Part shown: positions 22,911-34,539 of the stretch, one piece after another
Layout: the number at the start of each line of letters is the position of its first letter
How positions within the stretch are numbered: position 1 is the first letter of the stretch
Source of the DNA: Octopus vulgaris
Taxonomy: Eukaryota
Assembly (NCBI GenBank): GCA_951406725.2
Contig: OX597842.1
Location: forward strand, 2,728,001 to 2,792,000
Direction of reading: 5' to 3'
DNA: 64,000 bases
Translations under genes and position numbers: made by a program
The notes under the pieces: model-generated
Told to the model about the DNA's origin: nothing
Seen by the model: only the letters and a program-made list of their open reading frames with translations
Databases searched by the model: none

Positions 22911-23337
22911 TCTTTTACTCTTTACTCTTTTACTTGTTTCAGTCATTTGACTGCGGCCATGCTGGAGCACCACCTTTAATCAAGCAACTCGACCCCGGGA
23001 CTTATTCTTTGTAAGCCCAGTACTTATTCTATCGGTCTCTTTTGCCGAACCGCTAAGTGACGGGGGCATAAATTTACCAGCATCGGTTGTCAAGCAATGC
23101 TAGGGGGACAAACACAGACACACAAACATACACACACAAACATACACACACACACACATATATACATATATACAACAGGCTTCTTTCAGTTTCCGTCTAC
23201 CAAATTCAATCACAAGGCTTTGGTCAGCCCGAGGCTATCGCAGAAGACACTTGCCCAAGATGCCACGCAGTGGGACTGAACCCGGAACAATGTGGTTGGT
23301 TAGCAAGCTACTTACCACACAGCCACTCCTGCGCCTA
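22908..23337 (-). mobile_element. SINE family A, full length
   Basis: Reverse-strand head, body and tail. Confidence 0.92.
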
Positions 23338-23435
23338 TATATATATTAATTAATTTTATAGAAGGAGCTTCTACAGGACTAGAACTGTTTCATTCAAATG
23401 AAATCATCAGGAAACCCCGACTCAACCCGGGACCT

Positions 23436-23478
<43 letters not shown>

Positions 23479-23498
23479 TATATATATATATACACACA

Positions 23499-23717
23499 CG
23501 AGGAGGTGCTGAAAAGTTCCTCATTTTAAGAGTATCATGAAAGGTCTGGTTGGAGGTCTAACCTTTTGAGTTCTTTTACAGGGGCTTAGGAAAACCGAAG
23601 AACCACTGCAGTAAGTGCGTGAACCTGATAAAGGAATATGCGGAATAAAATCATAATCAATGGGCCCTCCAGTATTTGCTTTTACTCAAATCCAGGAATT
23701 TTTCTGCACACCCCTTT
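23499..23717 (+). mobile_element. Non-autonomous mariner derivative (MITE)
   Basis: TIRs cgaggaggtgctgaaaagttcc / ggaatttttctgcacacccct; residual FFYRGLGK...CSKCVNLIKEYAE* mariner C-terminus. Confidence 0.75.
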
Positions 23718-23976
23718 ATTTAGCTGTGACAATACACTTGAGATCTGAAAACTTGTATATTAATTAGACATGTGATACTTTATTTAGTTGTTTATTTATT
23801 GCTTTAATTAAATTTGTGTTGCTAACGGAAATTTATTTTTAACGCTCTTGATACCAATCTGCCTGGGTTTATAATGCGAACTTCCTGCTTGAAAGAGACC
23901 TACATTAAAACCTCCCATCTAAATTTCTCGTTAATTTATGCTTGAAACACCAGCTTAACAAAGTTACTTTACTAAA

Positions 23977-24353
23977 TCTCTCTATATATATAAAGCTGAA
24001 GTTGTCTGTGTGTGGCAGGTTTGGTAGCCTTCAACTAACACTATCTCCTCTGAGACCAAAATTGAGAGTATGATAGAAGAAGGCTTGCTCTTCATTCTGT
24101 AGAAGATAAAATTCAAATCAGACCATGTTAACACCAAAAATTATTTACAGCAAAAAGGTGCTCTTTTTCTATGAAAATCCCTATTTTTTACGATTTTTTG
24201 ATTGCTGTGTTGCCATTTTTTCGGTGTATTTCAATCAGAAAAATGTTCACTTAAAGAGAATAACAAACCACATAATGCAAAATTTTTACTTTTCAAAAAT
24301 TCCAATTCTAAAGGGTCGAAACAAACCCGAGCAACGCCGGGCAATGCTGCTAG
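23977..24353 (+). mobile_element. Non-autonomous Helitron
   Basis: 5' TC (tctctctatatatataaag), subterminal hairpin cccgagcaacgccggg, 3' CTAG; inserted between A and T with no TSD, inside a satellite/MITE unit. Confidence 0.85.
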
Positions 24354-24829
24354 TATTTTGCTATTTTTCAAATTAACTGAAAAAAAAAAGGGTAGGGTAT
24401 TTCAGTAGAAATACAGCATTGGCCAGAACTATAACGCTGCCATGCCAAATATAGATATTTCAGTTCTTATTACAGGAAACGGTAAAAACTTTGCTTCAAA
24501 CATTAAAATACATAATTTACAATCATATCTTATTTTAATATTCTTTTAGATGTTTCAGTCATTTGACTGCAGCCATACTGGAGCACTGCCTTAAACGGTA
24601 GTGAAGTTCAACAGAAATTTGATAACAAAAGGGTTAAGCTTATTAAAATTTTCTAACAAAATTTTATGTTAATTTTATGTTAATCCAAATGAGAGCTTAG
24701 CAGCTTAAAAAATGGTAACAAAAGGGAAATAAGATCTTAACTTATATTTTTTTCGACACCTTCAGTCACAATTAGTGATGATAAAATTTTTCATTTATGG
24801 TATGTGTGTATTTATACATACATCCATCC

Positions 24830-24930
24830 ATCATCATCATCATTTAACATCCGCTTTCCATACTGGCATGGGTTGGATGGTTCGACTAAGGACTGGCAAG
24901 TCAGGAGGCTGCACCAGGCTCCAATTGACC
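24830..24930 (-). mobile_element. RTE 3' end fragment
   Basis: (CAT)n ttaacatccgctttccatactggcatgggttgg. Confidence 0.75.
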
Positions 24931-24949
24931 TCACTTTTGACACACAATA

Positions 24950-25142
24950 GCGAACCAGTGTAAAAAATTGCTCCAGGCTGCATTAGGCAAGAAGTTACAA
25001 ACTTTTTTTGGCCCATGATACTCCATGGACCGTATGTAGCATACATCTAAAATTTGAATGAAATTAGTTGTGTAGTTTTTGAATTTTAGGGATTCACACA
25101 GACGGACAGACAGACACACATTCTCATCTTTATATATATAGA
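24950..25142 (-). mobile_element. Helitron-like 5' end fragment
   Basis: Minus strand begins TCTATATATATAAAGATGAGAATGTGTGTCTGTCTG, the same style as 23977. Confidence 0.55.
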
Positions 25143-25177
25143 TGTATGCATGTATGTATATGTATATAGATATATAT

Positions 25178-26111
25178 AGGTGTAAGTATAGCTGTGTGGT
25201 AAGAAGTTTACTTTGTAACCAAATGGTTTGAGGTTCAGTCCCACTGCATGGCACCTTTGACAAGCAGCTTCAACAATAATCTCAGGCCAGCCAAAGCTTT
25301 GTGGGTGGATTTGGTAGCTGGAAACTGAAAGAAGCCCATCGTATAATATATTTTTGTGCGTGTGTATGTGTATGTACCTGTGTTTGTGTTTGTGTTAGAC
25401 CCCCACCACTGCTTGACAACCGGTGTTGGTGTGTTTACATCACTATATCTTAGCACTTTCGTAAAAATAGACCAAAAGAATAAGTACCAGGCTTAAAAAA
25501 GTAACAAATTCATCAAGATGGTGGTCCAGCATGGTCACAGACTGAAACAAGTAAAAGATTTTTGATATATATATATATATATCTGTAAATACCGAATAAT
25601 TGTCACATATTACATTTGTAGTTCCTCTATTTACATAATATCGCGGTCTCTTTCTTTTGTCTTACCGTTTTTATCGATATATATATATATATATATATAC
25701 GCACAGGTGTAGCTGTGTGGTAAGTAGCTTGCTTACCAACCACATGGATCCGGGTTCAGTCCTACTGCATGGCACCTTGGGCAAGTGTTTCTGCTATAGG
25801 CCAACCAAAGCCTTGTAGGTGGATTTGGTAGAAAGAAACTGAAAGAAGCCCGTTATATATATATATATATATATATATAAATGTGTGTGTTTATATGTGT
25901 GTGTATATGTTTGTGTGTCTGTGTTTGTCCTCCCAACATCGCTTGACAACTAATGCTGGTGTGTTTACGTCCCCGTAACCTAGCGGTTCAGCAAAAGAGA
26001 CCGATAGAATAAGTACTAGGTCACAAAGAATAAGTCCTGGGGTTGAGTTCCTCAACTAAAGGTGATGCTCCAGCATGGCCACAGTGAAATGACTGAAAGA
26101 AGTAAAAGAGT
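25178..26111 (+). mobile_element. Two SINE family A copies (25178-25558, 25700-26111)
   Basis: Family A modules. Confidence 0.9.
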
Positions 26112-26571
26112 ATATATATATATATATATAAGCATTGAGATCAATTCAAATATATTTGGAACATATTTGATGTGTACAAAGTCTGTATTTACAGCAATGG
26201 AGAACCTTTCTCCCTTTAAGCAATAATTGTTGAAAAACAACAGTTGTTTCAAGGCATTTTCAGTTGACAGAGCAGTGAATGCATTTCATACTTTTTGGGA
26301 ATCATCAGCAGAATGTACAACAAGGGAGATAATCCTGAAATGTGCTGGTTAAGCATATTCTAAACTTCTGAATGAAATGCTTGTCTATTCACAACATGGC
26401 TAAGGATGTGATGATGGTTTTGGTGGTGGTGGTGATCATAATGGGAATGGTTGTGATGATGGTAGTGGTAGGAGTGGTAATTATGATGGTGATGGGGTGG
26501 CAATGTAAATGGCAATGATGATGATGATAGAGACGATGGTGGTGATGGTGATGTTGATAGTGGTAGTGGTG

Positions 26572-26800
26572 GTAGCGAGCTAGCAGAATCGTTAGCACGT
26601 CGGGCGAAATGCTTACCGGTATTTCGTCTGCCGTTACGTTGTGAGTTCAAATTCCGCCGAGGTCGACTTTACCTTTCATCCTTTCGGGGTCGATAAGTAC
26701 CAGTTGAGCACTGGGGTCGATATAATCGACTTAATACCTATGTCTGTCCATGTTTGTCCCCTCTATGTTCAGCCCCTTTGTGGGTAATAAAGAAATAGGT
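26572..26800 (+). mobile_element. SINE family B1 (tail ...gtgggtaataaagaaatagg)
   Basis: gcgagctagcagaatcgttagcacg, B box gagttcaaattcc, gtcgactttacctttcatcctttcggggtcgataag. Confidence 0.9.
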
Positions 26801-27507
26801 AATTATGACAATGGGGATGGTGGTGGTAGTGGCAGTGTAGGTGGTGATGGTGGTGGTGATGGTAATGATGAAAATATTGTGGTGGTGGTGATGATAATGA
26901 TTGTGATGATGGTGGTGATGATAATGGTGGTGGTGGTGGTGATGATGGTGGTAATGGTGATGGTGATGGTGTGGTGGTGGTGGTGGTGGTGATGATGATG
27001 GTGGTGGTGGTGATGATGATGGTGGTGGTGGTGATAATGATGGTAATGGTGGTGTGATGGTGATGGTGGTGATGGTGATGAAGATGTGGTGGTGATGATA
27101 ATGGTGATAGTGGTGGTGGTGATGGTTGTGGTGATGGTGGTGTAGTGATGATAGTGATGGTAATGGTGATGATGATTATGATGATGATGCTGGTAGTTGT
27201 GGCAGTGTAGGTGGTAATAATGATGATATTGGTGGTGGTGGTCATGGTTGCAGCGATGACGGTGGTGAAAGGGTGCAGTTGCTAGAGAATAATGATTATT
27301 GCTGTGTCACAGGAGTTGGTTGTGTCAGTGCTGTAGTTGAAGGTGGTGGTGGATGGTACCATCGGTGGTTGCTACCATACTGATAAGGGTTACAGATGAT
27401 AGGAGAGGTGACAGTATTGGTGGTGCCTTTAAAGAATAATGGTGAAGTTTGGTGATGGTGTTCTTAGCGCATAATGGCTATTAGTGCCATTAGTAGTGGT
27501 AGTAGTG

Positions 27508-27544
<37 letters not shown>

Positions 27545-27656
27545 CAATAGCAGTAGTGGTTGTAGTAGTGGCAACAGTAGTAACAACAGTAGTAGTGGCA
27601 GTGGTTGTAGTAGGAGTGTCAATAGTAGTAGTAGTAGTAGCAGCAGCAGCAGCAGC

Positions 27657-28127
27657 AGTATAGTAGTGGTGGTTGTAGTAGTAGTGGTGTTAGTTGTAGT
27701 AGTAGTAGTAGTAGTAGTAGCAGCAGCAGCAGTATAGTAGTGGTGGTTGTAGTAGTAGTGGTGTTAGTTGTAGTAGTAGTAGTAGTAGCAGCAGCAGCAG
27801 CAGTATAGTAGTGGTGGTTGTAGTAGTAGTGGTGTTAGTTGTAGTAGTAGTAGTAGTAGCAGCAGCAGCAGCAGTATAGTAGTGGTGGTTGTAGTAGTAG
27901 TGGTGTTAGTTGTAGTAGTAGTAGTAGTAGTAGCAGCAGCAGCAGCAGTATAGTAGTGGTGGTTGTAGTAGTAGTGGTGTTAGTTGTAGTAGTAGTAGTA
28001 GTAGCAGCAGCAGCAGCAGTATAGTAGTGGTGGTTGTAGTAGTAGTGGTGTTAGTTGTAGTAGTAGTAGTAGTAGTAGCAGCAGCAGCAGTATAGTAGTG
28101 GTGGTTGTAGTAGTAGTGGTGTTAGTT

Positions 28128-28168
<41 letters not shown>

Positions 28169-28213
28169 TGTTGGAGCAGCAGTATAGTAGTGGTGGTTGT
28201 AGTAGTAGTGGTA
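27657..28213. repeat. 71-74 bp minisatellite, 8 units
   Basis: agtatagtagtggtggttgtagtagtagtggtgttagttg starts at 27657, 27731, 27802, 27873, 27947, 28018, 28089 and 28181. Confidence 0.92.
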
Positions 28214-28430
28214 TTAGTTGTTGTAGTAGTAGTATTTGGTTATGACAGCTATGGTTGTAGTAGTGGTGGTGGTAGTGTTAGTGGTCCTTATAATTGTTGT
28301 TAAAATGCTGTTGCTATGATCATTGTTTGTATTATTATTATTATTATTATTATTATCATTTATTAAATGAGTGTCCCTTGTTTTAATTTTGTCCCTGTCT
28401 GTGTCTTTGTGACCAATAAAGGTACAATTA

Positions 28431-28497
<67 letters not shown>

Positions 28498-28501
28498 CAT
28501 T

Positions 28502-28714
28502 AAGGCAGTGAACTGGCAGAATCGTTAGCACGCTGGGCAAAATGCTTAGCAGTATTTTGTCTGTCTTCATGTTCTGAGTTCGAATTCCACCAAGGTCGAC
28601 TTTGCCTTTCATCCTTTTGGGGTCAATAAATTAAGTACCAGTTGAGTACTGGGGTTGATGTAATCAACTAACCCCCTCCCCCAAATTTCAGGCCTTGTGC
28701 CAATATTAGATAGG

Positions 28715-28716
<2 letters not shown>
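28502..28716 (+). mobile_element. SINE family B2
   Basis: Full head and body, (TTA)n on both sides. Confidence 0.9.
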
Positions 28717-28748
<32 letters not shown>

Positions 28749-28789
28749 GCTGTGATTGAGAAGACCCAGCAATTTATGAGATTGCAGCC

Positions 28790-29132
28790 ATGCATGTCCG
28801 ATACGTTATGCTTGAGAAGACCTGTTGAGTCAAGTAAAACCAATATCATAGCTGTGGCTAGTGCCCCCTGACTGGCTCCTGTGCTTGTGGCACATAAAAA
28901 ACACCATCCAAACGTGGTCAATGCCAAGTGTCCCCTGACTGGCTCCTGTGCTGGTGGCACATAAAAAACACCCACTACACTCTCGGAGTGGTTGGTGTTA
29001 GGAAGAGCATCCAGCTGTAGAAACACTTCCAGATCAGACTGGAGCCTGGTGCAGCCACTGGCTCTCCAGACCTCAGTCAAACTGTCCAACCCATGCCAGC
29101 ATGGAAAACGGATTTTAAACGATGATGATGAT
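28790..29132 (+). mobile_element. RTE-LINE 3' UTR
   Basis: ggtggcacataaaaaacac motifs, ggaagagcatccagctgtagaaac, (GAT)n tail. Confidence 0.85.
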
Positions 29133-29175
29133 TATTATTATTATTATTATTAGTAGTAGTAGTAGTAGTAGTACT

Positions 29176-29392
29176 AAGGCAGTGAGCTGGCAGAATCATT
29201 AGCACACCAGACGAAATACTTAACAATGTTTCGCCTGTCGCTACGTTCTGAGTTCAAATTCCACCGAGGTCAACTTTGCCTTTCATCCTTTCAGGGTTGA
29301 TAAATTATGCACCAGGGAAACAGTGGGTTCAATGTAATCAACTAGTCCCCTACCCAAAAATTTCAGGACTTGTGCTTTTAGAAGAGAGGATC
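29176..29392 (+). mobile_element. SINE family B2
   Basis: aaggcagtgagctggcagaatc...tttagaagagaggatcgttatt. Confidence 0.88.
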
Positions 29393-29462
<70 letters not shown>

Positions 29463-29567
29463 ATGACTGTGGTGGTTGTTTATGGTAATGGTGATGGTAG
29501 TAGGTGGTGGGGGTAGTGTTGGTGTTGGTTGTGGTGTGATCTTGATGATAGTCACAATGTTGTTGAT

Positions 29568-29585
29568 GGCAGCAGCAGTAGTAGT

Positions 29586-29620
<35 letters not shown>

Positions 29621-29819
29621 CAGCAGCAGAAGTAGTAGTAGTAGTAGCAGTAGTAGTAGTAGTAGTAGTAGCAGCAGTAGTAGTAGTAGTAGCAGCAGCA
29701 GCAGTAGTAGCAGTAGTAGCAGTAGTAGTAGTAGTAGTAGCAGTAGCAGTAGTAGTAGTAGTAGCAGTAGTAGTAGTAGCAGCAGTAGTAGTAGTAGTAG
29801 TAGCAGCAGTAGTAGTAGT

Positions 29820-29851
<32 letters not shown>

Positions 29852-29950
29852 CAGCAGCAGTAGTAGTAGTAGTAGCAGCAGTAGTAGTAGTAGCAGCAGT
29901 AGTAGTAGTAGTAGCAGCAGCAGCAGTAGTAGTAGTAGCAGCAGTAGTAA
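29568..29950. repeat. (GTA)n/(GCA)n tract
   Basis: Directly visible. Confidence 0.95.
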
Positions 29951-31542
29951 CTGTAGCAATCATGAGAGTGGTGATGGTAATATTAGTAGTAGTAATAATA
30001 GTAGTGGTGGTAGTAGCGATGGTGGTGTTATTATTATTATTAGTAGTAATAGTAGCAATAGTGGTAGTGGTGGTTGATTTCAACAGCATTGGTTGGTGTG
30101 GTGGTAGTGATGATGTTAGATTGGTACTAGAGATTGTTGCTATAAAGTTAGTAGTAGTAGTAGTAGTAGTAGTAGTTGTAGTAGTAGTAGTAGTTGTGGT
30201 AGTGGTAGATGGCGTGACGAGGAGAAAGCTATAATGGTACCAAGGTGATAAGAATTGGTAACAACCAAGAGAAAGGAACACTAAAAGAATAAAAATGAAA
30301 TAAATAAATTTTAATGTCTGTTGGTGCGAAGGGGGGTGGGGAGAGTTGTTAAAACAAGGGAGGTAAGGGGGGCGACAAACAAAACCCTAACTCCATTACA
30401 ACCCCTCCACAAATCCTCCACCCATCCACCTCTCAACCGACCCCCCCCCCCCCCCCGATAATTCCCTCCACCGAATCGTTCAAAACACCGCCACCCCTAC
30501 AAACACACAGGAGGAACCGTTCCACCTTGCCTTCACTACCCCACCGAAAATCTCCACACCTTGAAAAAACCCCCATACCTCTCTCCCTCTCCCTTCCCCC
30601 TGAAATCACTTCAACCCCCCCCCCAAACAACCCCCCACCCCTACCCATACCCTACTCGCCTCGTCTCCTAAATACCCTGTCCTCTTTACACCCACCCAGC
30701 TACGACTGAATCTAGCGCGTAAGCGACAATAGTAACGTAATAAGAAGGTTAAGAGGGAATGGCAGGGATGGAAAGGAGAGGGGCGGAATTGGTGGGGGGT
30801 CGCGGAAGTGGATGTGGGTGTTCTGATGTAGTCGGGTGAAGAGAATTGAATAACGATGGAAGGAGGAAAAAACAATAACTTCTCTGAGATGCGCATCATA
30901 ATGACTATGGCAGCAAAGAGAGAGAGGGGGAGAGAGAGAAGGAGAGGGCGGGAGGGGATAGAAGGGGAAGGGAGGGACGGGGCAGAAACATTAACAGCAA
31001 GAAGAACAATAGGCCGGAAGAGATATAACGATAAATAGCAATAACTACAACTGTAACAATAATAATAAAGACAATACGGACAATAGTGGTAACCAGACTA
31101 ACGTCAATAACAGCAATGGATGCGACGACTGCTACGACAATGATAAAGAACAATAACAACAACTACAACAGCTACGATGATGATGATGACAATGGGAAGT
31201 ATGTGTGATAAGAGTAACTACAACAATAACAACGACGATGTTAAGAAGTTGCACGACGATTGTGATAGAAGAAAGAAAGGAAATGGAGCAAAAAAAAAAT
31301 CGTATCGTAGGAAAAAATGAAGAAATAAATCAATGAAGAAATAATAAAGGAAATTTATGCAAAGAAGAAGAAAAAGAACAATATAATGACATAAAAACAA
31401 ATTGATAACAATTAAATTTAAATAGCAAGGACAAGCAGAGCGAACAGAGCAAGCAGCTACAGCCAGGGAATAACATCAGTCTCCATCGATCTGGTCTTAC
31501 GAAGGGGCTAAACAACAGCAGCAGCAGCAGCAACAGCAGCAA

Positions 31543-32140
31543 GTGGAGGCGCAGTGGCCCAGTGGTTAGGGCAGCGGCATCGTGGTCGGAGGTTTCGATT
31601 CCCAGACCAGCAGCGAGCTGTCAGAAACGTTAGCACGCTGGGCGAAATGCGTAGCCGTATTTCGTCTGCCGTTACGTTCTGAGTTCAAATTCCGCCGAGG
31701 TCGACTTTGCCTTTCATCCTTTCGGGGTCAATAAATTAAGTACCAGTTACGCACTGGGGTCAATATAACCGACTTAATCCGTTTGTTTGGCCTTGTTCGT
31801 CCCCTCTATGTTTAGCCTCTTGTGGGTAGTCATGAAATAGGTTTCGATTCCCAGACCAGGCGTTGTGTGTGTTTATTGAGCGAAAACACCTAAAGCTCCA
31901 CGAGGCTTCGGCAGGGGGTGGTGGCGACCCCTGTTGTATGCATTTGCCCCAACTTTCTCTCACTCTTTCTTCCTGTTTCTTGACCCCGACTTCCTACACA
32001 ACCGCTGAGCCTGGATGCACATTCAGCCATCCATCGATGCTCTCGGTGTGGGGGGGTTGACCTGCTTCCTCTTCTGCGGGTCTCACGAATAGCAAAGTAC
32101 CATGTTGCGGACTTCTAGGATGAAGACTGCTTCACTCAAC
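31543..32140 (+). mobile_element. SINE family C interrupted by a family B1 SINE
   Basis: tggaggcgcagtggcccagtggttagggcagcgg head; body resumes at 31860. Confidence 0.88.
31611..31838 (+). mobile_element. SINE family B1 with 21-bp TSD
   Basis: aggtttcgattcccagaccag at 31590-31610 and 31839-31859. Confidence 0.92.
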
Positions 32141-32667
32141 AAACAAAAAAACAAACAAACAAACAGCAGCAGCAGCAACTCAATGTGGTGTCTGGAATTG
32201 TTGGAAAGTGCTACCAAATCTTCCTTGAATTATTGTGAGATTTGGGGAATTATTATGTGATTCAGGTTTCAGTTCCACTGTGTGTCCTTGAACCCAAGGG
32301 CAAGTGTCTTCCACTATAACCCTGAGTTGACCGATGTCTTGTGAGTGGATATGGTACATGGAAACTGTGTGAAAGTCCATCATATTTATGTGTGTATATA
32401 TACATATATATAAGTATATATATATAAAATGAAAGAGAGAAATAGAATTGACTATCTAAAAATTTATTTACATAATAATATAATGTAATATATAATTAAA
32501 AAATATAAATTTTGAAAAAACATATATAAAGCCAACAATTAGTTTTGACTTGTAATATAAGTTTTATAAGCATATTGATATGTATGTATGTATGTATGTG
32601 TATGCATTGTGTGTGTATGTATGTTTATGTATGTATGTATGTATGTGTGTGTGTATGTATAAGAAAA

Positions 32668-33055
32668 GGCAAAGCTGTGTGGTAAGTAGCTTGCTTACGA
32701 ACCACATGGTCTCGGGTTCATTCCCACTGCATTGCACCTTGGTCAAGTGTCTTCTACTATAGCCTCGGGCCGACCAAAGCCTTGTGAGTGGATTTGGTAG
32801 ACGGAAACTAAAAGAAGCCCGTCGTATATATGTATATGTATGTGTATATGTTTGTGTGTCTGTGTTTGTCCCCACAACATCACCTTACAACCGATGCTGG
32901 TGTGTTTACGTCCCCGTAACTTAGCGGTTCGACAAAAGAGACCAACAGAATAAGTACTAGGTTTACAAAGAATAAGTCCTGGGGTCAATTTGCTCGACTA
33001 AAGGCGGTGCTCCAGCATGGCCACAGTGAAATGACTGAAACAAGTAAAAGAGAGT
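32668..33055 (+). mobile_element. SINE family A
   Basis: Full length. Confidence 0.92.
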
Positions 33056-33292
33056 AATATAGATGTATAAAGGTTGACTGTGGATGTGTCTTTTAATTGG
33101 AGGTTTCCAAAAAAGATTCTTAATGTTGATTCTTCATACTTTGCTGGGAGTTTACAGGTGTAAATTTGCAAAGATATGAAAGTAGTACTTGTATATAATG
33201 TATGATGAATTTATGGAATAACGTTCCATAAGTACCATTAATTTCATTAAGAATGGAGGAAACAAATTGTGAAAATTCATAAGAAATCTTAA

Positions 33293-34074
33293 CCCTTTCA
33301 TTACTGTATTTATTTTGAGGTGCAGGAGTGGCTGTGTGGTAAGTAGCTTGCTTACCAACCACATGGTTCCGGGTTCAGTCCCACTGCGTGGCACCTTGGG
33401 CAAGTGTCTTCTACTATTGCCTCGGGCCAACCAAAGCCTTGTGAGTGGATTTGGTAGATGGAAACTGAAAGAAGCCCATCGTATATATGTATATATATGT
33501 GTATGTGTGTCTGTGTTTGTCCCCCTAGAATTGCTTGACAACTGATGCTGGTGTGTTTATGTCCCCGTTACTTAGCAGTTTGGCAAAAGAGAATGATAGA
33601 ATAAGTACTAGGTTTACAAAGTACTAGGCTTAGTCAATTTGCTTGACTAAAGGTGGTGCTCCAGCATGGCCGCAGTCAAAATGACTGAAACAAGTAAAGG
33701 AGTAAAAGAGTATGCTCTGTGTTTCTTTCAATTACTTTAAATATAACAAAGAATTTAGTAAAATAACTTAGTTATCATTCAGCTGGTGTTAGGAACATAA
33801 ATTGTGACTAAGTTTTGGTGGAAGATTTTAATTCAAAACTTTTGAAAACAAGACATTTGTACTACAGAGCCAGAGCTGGTTTCAGCCAGGTTGGTATCAA
33901 AAGGGTTAAATATAACAAAGAATTTAGTAAAATAACTTGGTTATCATTCAGCTAGTGTTTGGAACATAAATTGTGACTAAGTTTTGGTGGAAGATTTTAA
34001 TTCAAAACTTATGAAAACAAGACATTTGTACTACAGAGCCAGAGCCAGTTTCAGCCAGGTTGGTATCAAAAGGG
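33293..34074. mobile_element. TTAA-flanked (piggyBac-like) MITE with internal 169-bp duplication
   Basis: TTAA|CCCTTTCATTAC ... GGTATCAAAAGGG|TTAA; unit boundaries at TTAA 33737, 33906 and 34075. Confidence 0.7.
33318..33711 (+). mobile_element. SINE family A nested in the MITE
   Basis: Full length. Confidence 0.92.
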
Positions 34075-34179
34075 TTAAATATAACAACTTGTTTCCTCCA
34101 TTCTTAACGAAACTGATGGGATTTATGGAATTTCATTCAATAAATTCACCATACATTATATATATGTATATATATAAAA

Positions 34180-34465
34180 CATCACCCTTTTCAAGCCTAA
34201 CCAGGCTCATCGGCCCGGTTTCTGTGGCATATGTGTTCCCCCCAGCTGGATGGGACACAAATCCATTACAGTATTGCTCAAGAAACAGGAAGTGAGAGAA
34301 AGTTAGTGTGAAAGAGTAGAACAGGGGTCGGCACCATCCCCTGCCAGAGCCTCATGGAGCTTTTAGGTGTTTTCACTCAATAAACGCACACAACGCCCAG
34401 TCTGGGAATTGAAGCCGCGATCCTACGACCATGAGTTTGCTGCCCTAACCACTGGATCATTGCCA
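34180..34465 (-). mobile_element. SINE family C
   Basis: gccctaaccactgg head on the reverse strand; gtgagagaaagtt body. Confidence 0.8.
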
Positions 34466-34539
34466 TATATATATATATAGTTGAAAAGAAGGAAAAGAAG
34501 CATGAGACAATGTAGCTATATAAAAAGTTAACCGATGGA

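Larger units (their letters stand above)
33192..34162. mobile_element. Foldback/MITE with ~80-bp inverted arms hosting nested elements
   Basis: 33192-33270 is the approximate reverse complement of 34084-34162. Confidence 0.75.

Noticed and set aside
27657-28213. Regularly spaced repeats resembling a CRISPR array
   Set aside because: Spacers are the same GTA/GCA triplets rather than unique sequences; eukaryotic context with no cas genes.
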